From Candidatus Doudnabacteria bacterium (lineage in GTDB: Bacteria; Patescibacteriota; Doudnabacteria; UBA920; O2-02-FULL-48-8): a DNA stretch of 64,000 bases. A model generated the notes under the pieces. The model searched no databases. It saw only the letters and a program-made list of their open reading frames with translations, and had not been told where the DNA came from. The stretch lies in NCBI GenBank assembly GCA_037200925.1, contig JBBCGO010000001.1, forward strand, positions 73,552 through 137,551, given 5' to 3'. Shown one piece after another: positions 17,253-26,403 of the stretch (position 1 is its first letter; every line of letters starts with the position of its first letter). A program made the position numbers and the translations under genes.

Positions 17253-18652
17253 CAATATCAAACAAATTTTTATTCATAATTATTATTTTGGCGAGTGTTG
17301 GGGCTCTGTTTGTTACTGTAAAAATTAGCAATGCACAGACTTGTTGGACTTATGGCTGTGATGGGGTGAGTGGTGAATGCAGGGTTGCCGGCAATACTTG
17401 CGGGGGCGGACAGACTTGTGTGGATCAAGGTTTTGTAACTTGCCCTGCGGGCGGGTGCGGCGAATCTTTTAGCTGCGTGACTTCTTATTCCCAATCATCC
17501 TATGTATACAACACCCCCTACTCTGAACCGCAATATTTTCGGTGTTCAGGGAGCGCACAAAGCGTATGCATTCCGGCTAATCCCGGCGACTGCACCATAG
17601 GTAATACTGCAAATTGTTCAGTAAATAATAACTGCAGCCCTATTACCTGCTACTCTCAATCCTCCTACTATTCCCAATCAGCTTACTACGCCCAATCAGC
17701 ATATTACTCCCAATCAGCATACTATTCTCAAGCGTCATATGGCGGCGGTTATTCCCAAGCAGCTTACTACGCCCAGTCTGCATACTATTCTCAGGCAGCC
17801 TATGCGGGTTACTCTGAAGCATCCTACTATTCCCAAGCAGCCTACTATGCCCAGGCATCGTATGTCTCTGCTCCAACCGCTCCTTCAGGCGTGGCTGTGG
17901 ACAATGGCACTTGCGGCCAATTGACCGTGACCTGGACTGATAATTCCAACAATGAGACCGGTTTTACAATATGGAGATCAACCACATCAGGCTCAGGGTA
18001 TGGCCAGGTCGGCAGCGTAGGCCCTAATATTACGTCATTCCCAGACACCCCTCCTACCCCAGATATGACCTATTATTATGTGGTCCAGTCGGTCAATGCC
18101 GGAGGAAGCACCCAGTCAGTATTAGAAGCAAGCGCTTACGACAACCCGTGTGTTGCCAATTTATCCGGGACCGCCAAGGTCTTAACCCAGATCAACGGCG
18201 CAGCCTATTCTTCAAGCACTTCCATCAACGCCGGGGACGTGCTGACATACCAGATCACGATCATCAATTCCGGCAATGCCCCTGCTGATATCACTTTCAT
18301 CTGCGACACCGTCTCTTCCAACCTGACCAATCTTCGGAACCTGACGGTTACAGGAACCGGCTCTTCGGGTTCAGGTTCTGCCATAGTATCCAACGGCGGC
18401 TGCGGAGCAGGCAGCTACAAGTTCAACGTTACAGGAGCCAAACAGCCCTCTCCTCCGGACCCCGGCAACTGGATAATTACCTATGATGCCACAGTCACCC
18501 CGGCCAGTGCTGATATCCAGGAAGTGGTGACCAACAGCTTTGTCATCCATTACAACAACAACGGAGCTAAAACCTTTGCAGGCTCCTCCCCGAGCATCCT
18601 CATCAATGCCTCAGCAGGCCAGGCCCCGAACTTCCATGAAGTGACGCCGTAG
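17249..18652 (+). CDS. Secreted Cys-rich SYYSQ-repeat / Fn3-like / DUF11-like protein (repeat protein C)
   Basis: Divergent Cys-rich N-terminus. From 'CYSQSSYYSQSAYY' to the stop it is ~99% identical at the nt level to protein B. Confidence 0.6.
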   Translation: MTISNKFLFIIIILASVGALFVTVKISNAQTCWTYGCDGVSGECRVAGNTCGGGQTCVDQGFVTCPAGGCGESFSCVTSYSQSSYVYNTPYSEPQYFRCSGSAQSVCIPANPGDCTIGNTANCSVNNNCSPITCYSQSSYYSQSAYYAQSAYYSQSAYYSQASYGGGYSQAAYYAQSAYYSQAAYAGYSEASYYSQAAYYAQASYVSAPTAPSGVAVDNGTCGQLTVTWTDNSNNETGFTIWRSTTSGSGYGQVGSVGPNITSFPDTPPTPDMTYYYVVQSVNAGGSTQSVLEASAYDNPCVANLSGTAKVLTQINGAAYSSSTSINAGDVLTYQITIINSGNAPADITFICDTVSSNLTNLRNLTVTGTGSSGSGSAIVSNGGCGAGSYKFNVTGAKQPSPPDPGNWIITYDATVTPASADIQEVVTNSFVIHYNNNGAKTFAGSSPSILINASAGQAPNFHEVTP

Positions 18653-18656
18653 AACC
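17646..18656 (+). repeat. Direct duplication, copy 2
   Basis: See copy 1. The 5' boundary falls inside the 15-bp repeat array; the 3' boundary is just past the stop codon. Confidence 0.9.
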
Positions 18657-18671
18657 TCGGTTTTGCAGGGG

Positions 18672-18700
18672 TTGACTTGTCCCTGATTACGGTTTATGAT
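18672..18700 (+). promoter_or_regulatory. Sigma70-like promoter (TTGACT-17-TATGAT) followed by an ~80-nt 5' UTR upstream of the RRM protein gene
   Basis: TTGACT 18672..18677, 17-nt spacer, TATGAT 18695..18700. Confidence 0.45.
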
Positions 18701-18784
18701 GACCACGTTTCCTTTAGTCGAGGGGAAGCTAATTAAAACATAGGGTGCTGAATAGGTTTCCCTTTGTTTGAAGGTTCATATAAA

Positions 18785-19135
18785 ATGGGTAAGAAATTGT
18801 TTGTCGGAGGCCTGCCTTACACCACAACCAGCGACGATCTGAAGAATCATTTCGCCGCAGCGGGAAATGTGGTTACAGCGCAAGTCATTACCGACAAGTT
18901 CTCCGGCCGATCCAAAGGATTTGGATTCGTGGAGATGTCATCCGACGACGAAGCAGCCAAGGCGATTGAAATGTTCAACGGCACTGACTTCGGCGGACGC
19001 TCTTTGGCTGTAAACGAAGCAAGGCCAAAGACCGAAGGCGATCGCGGAGGCAGTCGCGGCGGATTCGGCGGCGGACGCGGCGGCAGTGACCGCGGCGGGT
19101 ACGGCGGTGGCGGCGGTCGAAGAGACAGCTATTAA
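18785..19135 (+). CDS. Glycine-rich RNA-binding protein, single RRM
   Basis: RNP-2 'LFVGGL', RNP-1 'KGFGFVEM', C-terminal 'GGSRGGFGGGRGGSDRGGYGGGGG'. GAAGG ribosome-binding site before the ATG at 18785; the ORF track starts at 18764. Confidence 0.85.
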   Translation: MGKKLFVGGLPYTTTSDDLKNHFAAAGNVVTAQVITDKFSGRSKGFGFVEMSSDDEAAKAIEMFNGTDFGGRSLAVNEARPKTEGDRGGSRGGFGGGRGGSDRGGYGGGGGRRDSY

Positions 19136-19152
19136 AAGCGAAAATGGAAAAA

Positions 19153-19180
19153 ATCCCGGTTTGTCCGGGGTTTTTATTTT
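19153..19180 (+). terminator. Rho-independent terminator
   Basis: 'cccggtttgtccgggg' hairpin followed by 'tttttattttt'. Confidence 0.7.
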
Positions 19181-19214
19181 TATGTGAAAAATGTTATAAT
19201 ATTCATACAAAAGT

Positions 19215-20636
19215 ATGAAAAAATCTGAATTAGTTTTCAATTTAATCTCGATCTTGTCGGATATTATTATGGTGCTATTGGCCGGGATCATTGCGTTTTA
19301 TTTGCGCCTGCAGTTGGAAAGCTTGCGTCCGATCTTGTACGTTTTATCATTATCTTCATATCTGAAAGTTTTATTTCTCATCACCCCGGTGATTATTCTT
19401 TTAATGGCCTTGGCCGGGCTGTACAATCTTACGGGCACAAGACGGATATCATCTGAACTGCTGAAGATCATTTTGGTGATCTCTTCCGTGCTGTTAGTGG
19501 TGGTGATCTTATTTTTCTTTAATCAAAGCGTTTTTCCGTCCCGCCTGATCATCCTGCTGACGTGGATTTTGACGATAGTACTGATCAGTTTTGGCAGAAT
19601 AATCTTGAGGCTTATCCAGATCCGTATGCTGAGGCGGGGTGTAGGTTTGCACCGCCTGGTGGTACTGGGGGCAGCTGACCAAACATACGAATTGGTAGTG
19701 GAAATTTCTTCGCGGCCCGAGCTGGGGTTTAGAATTGTCGGGAAACTTGATACCGGCCAATCGGTTGATGATCTGATCGACCGGTTGAGGCATATCAGAG
19801 AGAATTCCGGTATAGACGGGCTTTTGCAATCTGATCCGTTTTTGGACCAGGAGGTCGGACGTAAGATCCTGCAATTCTGCCGCGACTACGGCATCAGATT
19901 TAATTTCGTGCCGAACCTGTTCGAAACCTCTACGGCCAATATCGCTGTGGAAACTATTTCCGGCATTCCGGTCATCGCACTGAAGGGAACCCCGCTGGAG
20001 GGCTGGGGTATGGTTGTCAAAAGATTAGTTGATATAATAGTATCTTTGCTGGGCTTGATCATCTTAAGTCCTGTATTTTTGCTGGTGGCGGTCGCGATCA
20101 AACTTAACTCCAAAGGCCCGGTGTTTTTTCACCAGCTCAGAGCTGCGGGTTTGGGCGAATTTGAATTTTATAAATTCCGGTCAATGCATCATGAAATGAG
20201 CGAAGGGACAGAGTCGGGAGATAAACTTCGCGAAGAGCTGGAAAAGCACAATGCGCGCATCGGGCCGTACGTTAAGATCAAGAACGATCCGCGCGTGACT
20301 TCCGTCGGCAGATTCCTGCGCAAGACCAAGCTCGATGAGATGCCGGCGCTCTGGCATATCCTGCGCGGACAAATGAGCCTGGTGGGCCCCCGGGTTCACA
20401 TGGTCAAAGAAGTTGACCATTTCCGGAATGAGTATAAGAAGTTGTTTATCATCAAGCCCGGAGCCACTGGACTTACCCAGATCACTCAAGCCACGGACAA
20501 CCCGGAAATATCCTGGGAAGACGAGATCAAGTTGGACGAGTTTTACATAGAAAACTGGTCCATTTGGCTTGATCTGTATATCATCTTCAAAACTTTTTTA
20601 ATTTTGCTTGGCCGTAAACCCAAGGTTGATTATTGA
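19215..20636 (+). CDS. Polyprenyl-phosphate sugar phosphotransferase (bacterial sugar transferase, WbaP/CpsE-like)
   Basis: Multi-TM N-terminus. C-terminal '[25 protein letters not shown]...KFRSM...[20 protein letters not shown]' matches the Bac_transf domain. Confidence 0.85.
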   Translation: MKKSELVFNLISILSDIIMVLLAGIIAFYLRLQLESLRPILYVLSLSSYLKVLFLITPVIILLMALAGLYNLTGTRRISSELLKIILVISSVLLVVVILFFFNQSVFPSRLIILLTWILTIVLISFGRIILRLIQIRMLRRGVGLHRLVVLGAADQTYELVVEISSRPELGFRIVGKLDTGQSVDDLIDRLRHIRENSGIDGLLQSDPFLDQEVGRKILQFCRDYGIRFNFVPNLFETSTANIAVETISGIPVIALKGTPLEGWGMVVKRLVDIIVSLLGLIILSPVFLLVAVAIKLNSKGPVFFHQLRAAGLGEFEFYKFRSMHHEMSEGTESGDKLREELEKHNARIGPYVKIKNDPRVTSVGRFLRKTKLDEMPALWHILRGQMSLVGPRVHMVKEVDHFRNEYKKLFIIKPGATGLTQITQATDNPEISWEDEIKLDEFYIENWSIWLDLYIIFKTFLILLGRKPKVDY

Positions 20637-21751
20637 TGAAGATAGCTCTAGTTCATGAATTTTTGAATCAGCTTGGCGGCGCGGAGAGAGTTCTGCAGAA
20701 TTTTTTAGAAATCTGGCCGGAGGCAGAAGTGCATGTGATCTTGTATGACAGGGAAAAAACACAAGGCCAATTTGAGGGTTATAAAAAAAAGGTCTCCTGG
20801 CTGAATACTCTTCCGGGAGTAAAAAAACACCCGAGATTGTTCTTGCCGCTGATGCCGGGAGCGATTGAAAGTTTCAGCTTTGATGATTACGATCTGGTCT
20901 TGTCTGATTCGTCTTCGTTTGCCAAAGGGATACACACGGACAAATTGCACATATGCTATTGTCACGCGCCCACGCGATATCTCTGGACTGTTCGTGAATA
21001 TATTGATAAACAAAAATATCCTAGATTTTTGAAGTTTTTGGGAAAAATTTATTTGAAGCGGCTGCGCAAATGGGATTTGAAAGCCGCCCAGCGGGCTGAT
21101 TTTTTTATCGCCAATTCCGTAAATATCCAAGATCATATTAAGAAATTTTACCAGCGCGAATCGATCGTCATTCCGCCCCCGGTCGATACAGAAGTATTTT
21201 TTCCGGATGGGCCAAAGCAAGATTACTTTTTTACCGCCTCCAGACTTGAGCTCTATAAGAGAGTTGACGTGATTATTGAAGCATTTAATCACTTGGGCTG
21301 GCCTCTCAAGATCGCGGGGAGGGGTACGGACCTAAACAGACTAAAAGCTTTGGCCAAACCGAATGTTCAGTTCGTTGGCGCGGTTTCGGATGCCGATCTG
21401 AGCAAATTGTATTCTCAAGCCAAAGCGTTTGTGTTTGCGGCGGAGGAAGACGCCGGAATTATGGTGGTGGAAGCGCAAGCCTGCGGGACCCCGGTTATAG
21501 CTTTTGGAAAAGGAGGAGTTTTGGAAACAGTTAAACAGGGGATTACCGGAGAATTTTTTGATGAACAGACTGCCGGGTCTTTGGAGAAAGTTTTGAAAGA
21601 TTTTAATCCCGCAAATTACGATCCGCAAGTCATCCGGGAACACGCAGAAAAGTATGACAAGAAAATCTTCCAGGAAAAGATCAGGAGTTTTGTGGAGGAA
21701 AAATACGGGGAATTTGCGAGGAGCAAAGCGACGAAGCAATCTAATCAGTAG
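20633..21751 (+). CDS. Glycosyltransferase, GT4 (group 1) family
   Basis: '[19 protein letters not shown]' N-terminus and GT-B C-terminal 'AAEEDAGIMVVEAQACGTPVIAF'. Overlaps the upstream stop. Confidence 0.75.
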   Translation: MMKIALVHEFLNQLGGAERVLQNFLEIWPEAEVHVILYDREKTQGQFEGYKKKVSWLNTLPGVKKHPRLFLPLMPGAIESFSFDDYDLVLSDSSSFAKGIHTDKLHICYCHAPTRYLWTVREYIDKQKYPRFLKFLGKIYLKRLRKWDLKAAQRADFFIANSVNIQDHIKKFYQRESIVIPPPVDTEVFFPDGPKQDYFFTASRLELYKRVDVIIEAFNHLGWPLKIAGRGTDLNRLKALAKPNVQFVGAVSDADLSKLYSQAKAFVFAAEEDAGIMVVEAQACGTPVIAFGKGGVLETVKQGITGEFFDEQTAGSLEKVLKDFNPANYDPQVIREHAEKYDKKIFQEKIRSFVEEKYGEFARSKATKQSNQ

Positions 21752-21798
21752 AATAGACTGCCACGCGGCCTTTGGCCGCTCGCAGATTCGATATATTT

Positions 21799-22908
21799 AT
21801 GAAAATAGGACTTGATTTGCGCATGGCCGGCGGGGGATCGGGGATCGACCGCTACATCACCGAACTGTCACATGAAATTTTGAGGCAAGATAAAACTAAT
21901 CAATATGTTTTGTTTTTTAGGGGAGCCGATAAATCAGCTGAGTTCGCGCAATATAATCAAAAGATCGTCATCACAGATATCCCACACTATTCTTTTGCTG
22001 AACAACTTCGTCTTCCCGGAATTATAAATAAAGAAAATCTGGACTTGGTTCACTTTCCGCATTTCAATGTCCCGATCTTCTACCGCAGGCCGTTTATCGT
22101 GACTATCCATGACCTGACGCATACCTTGTTTCCCGGCAGAAAAAGATCTCATATTTTTCACCGTCTGGCATATAATATCGTTTTCCGAAATGCCCTTAAA
22201 AATTCAAAAAAGATCATAGCAGTTTCTAATGCCACAAAACAGGCGATCGTCGGGCGATTTCAAATCAATCCCGAAAAGATCCAGGTTATTTATGAAGGAT
22301 TCAACCAGGCTTATAAAATGATGGATAAAATTGAGGCATTTGCCCAAGTATCGAAAAGTTTTGGCGTTACCAAACCGTATATATTGTATGCGGGCGTCTG
22401 GCGCAGGTATAAAAATCTGCCGATGCTGGCAAATGCTTTTGACAAATTGATCGACAAGGGTTTGGACATTGAGCTCGTGCTCGTAGGGGAGCAGGACCCG
22501 TTTTACCCTGAGATTAAGGACCAAATTTTTAACATTAAGAATCATACCCGCATCAAAGTTTTGGGAAGAGTAAGCGATGAAGATCTGGCAAAACTTTATA
22601 ATGGGACTACTTTATTTGTTCTGCCGTCCCTGATCGAAGGATTTGGTTTAACTGCGCTTGAAGCCGCGGCGTGCGGGGTGCCTGTTGCCTGTTCGGATAT
22701 TCCCACAATGCGGGAAATAATGGGGCAGGGCGCGGAATATTTTGACCCCAATAATCTGGATAACATGACGGAAGTGCTGTTAAATCTGCTTAACGACGCC
22801 AAAAGGCTGGAAGAACTGGCGAATTTGGCATTGGGCCGTTCCAAACACTTCAGCTGGAAGCAGGCAGCGGAGCAGACCATCAGCGTTTATGAAAAGTGCT
22901 ATCTATAA
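21799..22908 (+). CDS. Glycosyltransferase, GT4 (group 1) family
   Basis: 'MKIGLDLRMAGGGSGIDRY...', C-terminal 'EGFGLTALEAAACGVPVACSDIPTMREI' (EX7E-like). ATG at 21799; the ORF track starts at 21772. Confidence 0.75.
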   Translation: MKIGLDLRMAGGGSGIDRYITELSHEILRQDKTNQYVLFFRGADKSAEFAQYNQKIVITDIPHYSFAEQLRLPGIINKENLDLVHFPHFNVPIFYRRPFIVTIHDLTHTLFPGRKRSHIFHRLAYNIVFRNALKNSKKIIAVSNATKQAIVGRFQINPEKIQVIYEGFNQAYKMMDKIEAFAQVSKSFGVTKPYILYAGVWRRYKNLPMLANAFDKLIDKGLDIELVLVGEQDPFYPEIKDQIFNIKNHTRIKVLGRVSDEDLAKLYNGTTLFVLPSLIEGFGLTALEAAACGVPVACSDIPTMREIMGQGAEYFDPNNLDNMTEVLLNLLNDAKRLEELANLALGRSKHFSWKQAAEQTISVYEKCYL

Positions 22909-22913
22909 CTAAT

Positions 22914-24011
22914 ATGAAAATATTACTTGCAGGCGGCGGCTCTGGAGGCCCGGTAACACCGGTGCTTGCGGTCGCGCTTGAGATCAGAAAACTTAAGCCC
23001 AAAACCGAATTTTTATTTGTCGGAACAAAAAAAGGCCCGGAACGCGCCATGGTTGAGCCGACAGGCATCCCATTTGTTTCAATTCCTGCGGCCCGCTGGC
23101 GCAGGTTTTATAGCATAAAGAATTTATTCGCGCCTTTTGTTTTGCTGTCCGGATTTCTACACTCGCTTACAATTGTCCGCAAATTCCGTCCTGATGTCGT
23201 GTTTGCGGCCGGATCTTTCGTCAGCGTGCCGGTTTGCTGGGCCGCAAAACTCTACGGAGCCAAAATCGCAATTCATCAGCAGGATGCCCGTATCGGCTTG
23301 GCCAACAAACTTATAGCGCCCGTGTCTGACCAGATCACCACGGCTTTCGAGAAAACCAGCAAGGATTTTTATTCTGGGTCGGGATTGGGAAAAAATTTAA
23401 AGCCCGCGGCCCAATGGATCGGCAATCCTGTGCGGCCGGATCTGTTCAGTCATGCGGCTGATGCAAAAAAGTTTTTTAATCTTCACGAAAAATTGCCGGT
23501 ACTTCTGGTCTTGGGCGGAGCGACAGGATCTGCGCAGATAAACCGGCTCCTCGGGGAAATTCTGCCCGATCTGGTCAAGGCGCACCAAGTTGTCCATCAG
23601 ACTGGCGCCGGCAAAAATAATTTAGCTTTCTCGGATAAAAACTACCATCCCTTTGAATTAATTCCGTTCCCGGAATATGCGGCGATTTTAAAGCTGGCGC
23701 ACATAGTCATTGCCCGCGCCGGCTTGTCCACCATTGCTGAACTCTCAGCACTTCGAAAAACTGCGATTATCATTCCCATGCCTAACACTCATCAGGAGGA
23801 TAATGCTAGAATATTAGAAGAGGCGCACGCCGCAGTGGTCCTGACCGGCTCAGAGGCTACCGTTGAAAATTTGTTTCGCGTAGTCAACGGACTGAAATTC
23901 AACATAAAAAGAACCGAATTGCTGAGTAAAAATATTTCCGGTCTCATCCCTCCCGACGCCGCAATTAACCTGGCCAGGATCGTTATCAGAGAAGCCCATG
24001 CCGACAACTAG
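22914..24011 (+). CDS. murG: MurG, UDP-GlcNAc:lipid I N-acetylglucosaminyltransferase
   Basis: 'MKILLAGGGSGGPVTPVLAVALEI' and C-terminal 'ARAGLSTIAELSALRKTAIIIP'. Confidence 0.85.
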   Translation: MKILLAGGGSGGPVTPVLAVALEIRKLKPKTEFLFVGTKKGPERAMVEPTGIPFVSIPAARWRRFYSIKNLFAPFVLLSGFLHSLTIVRKFRPDVVFAAGSFVSVPVCWAAKLYGAKIAIHQQDARIGLANKLIAPVSDQITTAFEKTSKDFYSGSGLGKNLKPAAQWIGNPVRPDLFSHAADAKKFFNLHEKLPVLLVLGGATGSAQINRLLGEILPDLVKAHQVVHQTGAGKNNLAFSDKNYHPFELIPFPEYAAILKLAHIVIARAGLSTIAELSALRKTAIIIPMPNTHQEDNARILEEAHAAVVLTGSEATVENLFRVVNGLKFNIKRTELLSKNISGLIPPDAAINLARIVIREAHADN

Positions 24012-24999
24012 ACCGACAATTGGGATTGCTTTATCAGGCGCTTCAGGCAGGGCGATTGCTCACATTGCCGTGCTGGAAGTTTTGCGGGAGAACGATATCC
24101 CTGTCGATATTCTGGTGGGCTGTTCGTCGGGCGCCATAATCGCCGCAAGTTTTGCCGTCGGGACAATGGAAACGCTCAAGACTTTCATGTACCAGCTGAC
24201 CTTTCCCAAGATGCTGCGGATGTGGTCGGCAAGAAAAGCCAGGGGAGGGATCTTCCATCTGAGAACGGACAAAATGGACGAAACTTTGAACAGCATTACT
24301 CACAACCTTCGTTTTGAGGATATTGATTATCCGAAACTCGGATTTGTCGCAACCGACATCAACACCGGAAAATTGATCACCCTGAAACGCGGCAGCATCA
24401 ACAAGGCTTTCAAGGCAAGCGTCGCAGTTCCCGGGCTTTTTGAACCAGTGATCTGGGAAAAAAAAGTTCTGGTTGACGGTGGACTCGTCAATATCGTGCC
24501 CACTCTTCCGGCAAAAGAGATGGGGGCAGATATCGTGATCGGGGTGAATTTGGCTGCGACAAAGTTCATTTATGAAAAAAAGATGCCGATCTGGCGCGGC
24601 TACCGATTCCTGACCCGGTTTACGGGTTTGCAGTTCATCAGGGAGAAGATCCTCCCAAAATTATCGCCGCGCCTGCTGTTCCGGATAGACAGCCAATCCG
24701 ATATTTTGGAGCCGGAAGATATCGAAATTCCGGGCGTTATGTCGGTGTTGTCCAAGGCGATTGAGCACTCCTTCCGGATCGAAGAGCTGTGGGACGAATC
24801 CCATGTCGCATGCGACCTGATGCTTGAGCCTGTGGTCAAGCATTACGGCAAAACCGAATTCAACAGTTTGGAGAAGATCTACCATGAAGGCCGCAGATCC
24901 GCGCTGGCAGCGATCCCGGCAATAAAAAAGCTGATAAAAAATTATGATCCGGATAAGGCAAAAAAATATAAAACTGTATCCCTGGCCCATGACAATTGA
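23998..24999 (+). CDS. Patatin-like phospholipase
   Basis: 'GIALSGASGRAIAHIAVLEVL' oxyanion region, GxSxG 'GCSSGA', 'VDGGLVNIVP' DGG motif. Confidence 0.8.
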   Translation: MPTTRPTIGIALSGASGRAIAHIAVLEVLRENDIPVDILVGCSSGAIIAASFAVGTMETLKTFMYQLTFPKMLRMWSARKARGGIFHLRTDKMDETLNSITHNLRFEDIDYPKLGFVATDINTGKLITLKRGSINKAFKASVAVPGLFEPVIWEKKVLVDGGLVNIVPTLPAKEMGADIVIGVNLAATKFIYEKKMPIWRGYRFLTRFTGLQFIREKILPKLSPRLLFRIDSQSDILEPEDIEIPGVMSVLSKAIEHSFRIEELWDESHVACDLMLEPVVKHYGKTEFNSLEKIYHEGRRSALAAIPAIKKLIKNYDPDKAKKYKTVSLAHDN

Positions 25000-26395
25000 A
25001 CAGGCGAAAAATATTTATTGTTTGGGAATCGGCGGCATCGGGGTCTCGGGTTTGGCGCGGCTGCTTTTGAGCATGGGCAAGAATGTTTCCGGCTCTGATA
25101 TCAAAGAATCGGAGATCACAAAAAATCTGGAAAAATTGGGAATCAAGATTTACATCGGCCAAAGCGAGCAGGATCTGGTTGCGGCAAACCCTGACCTGAT
25201 AATATATTCGTCGGCTGTGGCTGACTTTCATTGGCCGGCAAGCATCGCCAAGCTTAGCCAAGCCCAAGCTGTGGGCGAATTAATGTCAGACAAGTACGGC
25301 ATTGGTATTACCGGCACGAACGGCAAATCCACAACCTCGGCGATCCTGGGCCTGATCTTGGACTACGCCCAACTTGATCCGACTGTCTTGATCGGTTCCA
25401 TGCTTTCTCCTAAGAACGAAACGGAGAAATTCAAGGCCAATGCCCGTTTGGGCGGGGGCAAACCCGCCCGACTGAACGATGTCAGTCGTTCGGGCGGGTA
25501 CTTTGTTGCGGAATCGGATGAATATGCGCGCAAAATGCTGGAGAATAAGCCGAAAATGATCATTATCACGAATATTGCGGAAGATCATCTGGATTACTAT
25601 AAAGGTCTGCAGGATATCAAGCAGGCTTTTTCGGAATACATCAGCTCTTTGCCTGACGACGGGATCCTGATCTACAATGCGGACGATCATAATACGGTTG
25701 AGATCTGCCAGCATGCGGCACGCCATAAATTTACTTTCGGCATTCATCATTATGCGGATCTGCAGGCTTTGAATCCCAGAACAGAGAGCGGAACCCAGAT
25801 ATTCGACCTGCATTTGGATGACGAAAAGATCGGGACATTTAAATTGCATGTCCCGGGTTTATTTAATATTTCCAATGCCTTGGGCGCTGTTCTGGCCGCA
25901 ATTAAACTGGGAGTTAAAACTGAGGTCATACAAAAAACTTTGGAAGAATATGCCGGCATCTGGCGCCGGTTTGAGATCGTGGGCAAGCTTTCTGGCAAGC
26001 CCGTAATTTCCGATTATGCCCACCACCCGGCGGGAGTTGCTGCCACAATTGAGGCGGCTAAGCAGTTTTATCCCGGTAAAAAAGTTTTAGCGGTCTTCCA
26101 ACCCCATCACCGCAACCGCACCCGTGAATTGTTCGGCGAATTTATTGAATCCCTGGTCATGGCTGATGAGCTGATCCTACCTGAGATCTTTGACGTGGCC
26201 GGCCGCGAGCATGGTGAAGATGTCAGTTCGTTCCAGTTGGCCGCGGAGTTGAAAAAAAGAGGCGTTACTGCGACCTTTGCGAAAGATTTGTCAAAAACGG
26301 AAAGCTTGATCCGTGAAAAGGCGAAAAATTTTGATGTTATTCTTTTGATGGGAGCAGGGGATATAGACAACTTGGCGAGGAAGCTGGTAAAATAA
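24989..26395 (+). CDS. murC: MurC, UDP-N-acetylmuramate--L-alanine ligase
   Basis: 'LGIGGIGVSGLARLL', 'GITGTNGKSTTSA' P-loop, Mur ligase middle and C-terminal domains. The ORF is open from 24944; ATG 'MTIEQ' at 24989. Confidence 0.85.
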   Translation: MTIEQAKNIYCLGIGGIGVSGLARLLLSMGKNVSGSDIKESEITKNLEKLGIKIYIGQSEQDLVAANPDLIIYSSAVADFHWPASIAKLSQAQAVGELMSDKYGIGITGTNGKSTTSAILGLILDYAQLDPTVLIGSMLSPKNETEKFKANARLGGGKPARLNDVSRSGGYFVAESDEYARKMLENKPKMIIITNIAEDHLDYYKGLQDIKQAFSEYISSLPDDGILIYNADDHNTVEICQHAARHKFTFGIHHYADLQALNPRTESGTQIFDLHLDDEKIGTFKLHVPGLFNISNALGAVLAAIKLGVKTEVIQKTLEEYAGIWRRFEIVGKLSGKPVISDYAHHPAGVAATIEAAKQFYPGKKVLAVFQPHHRNRTRELFGEFIESLVMADELILPEIFDVAGREHGEDVSSFQLAAELKKRGVTATFAKDLSKTESLIREKAKNFDVILLMGAGDIDNLARKLVK

Positions 26396-26403
26396 AATAG
26401 CAT

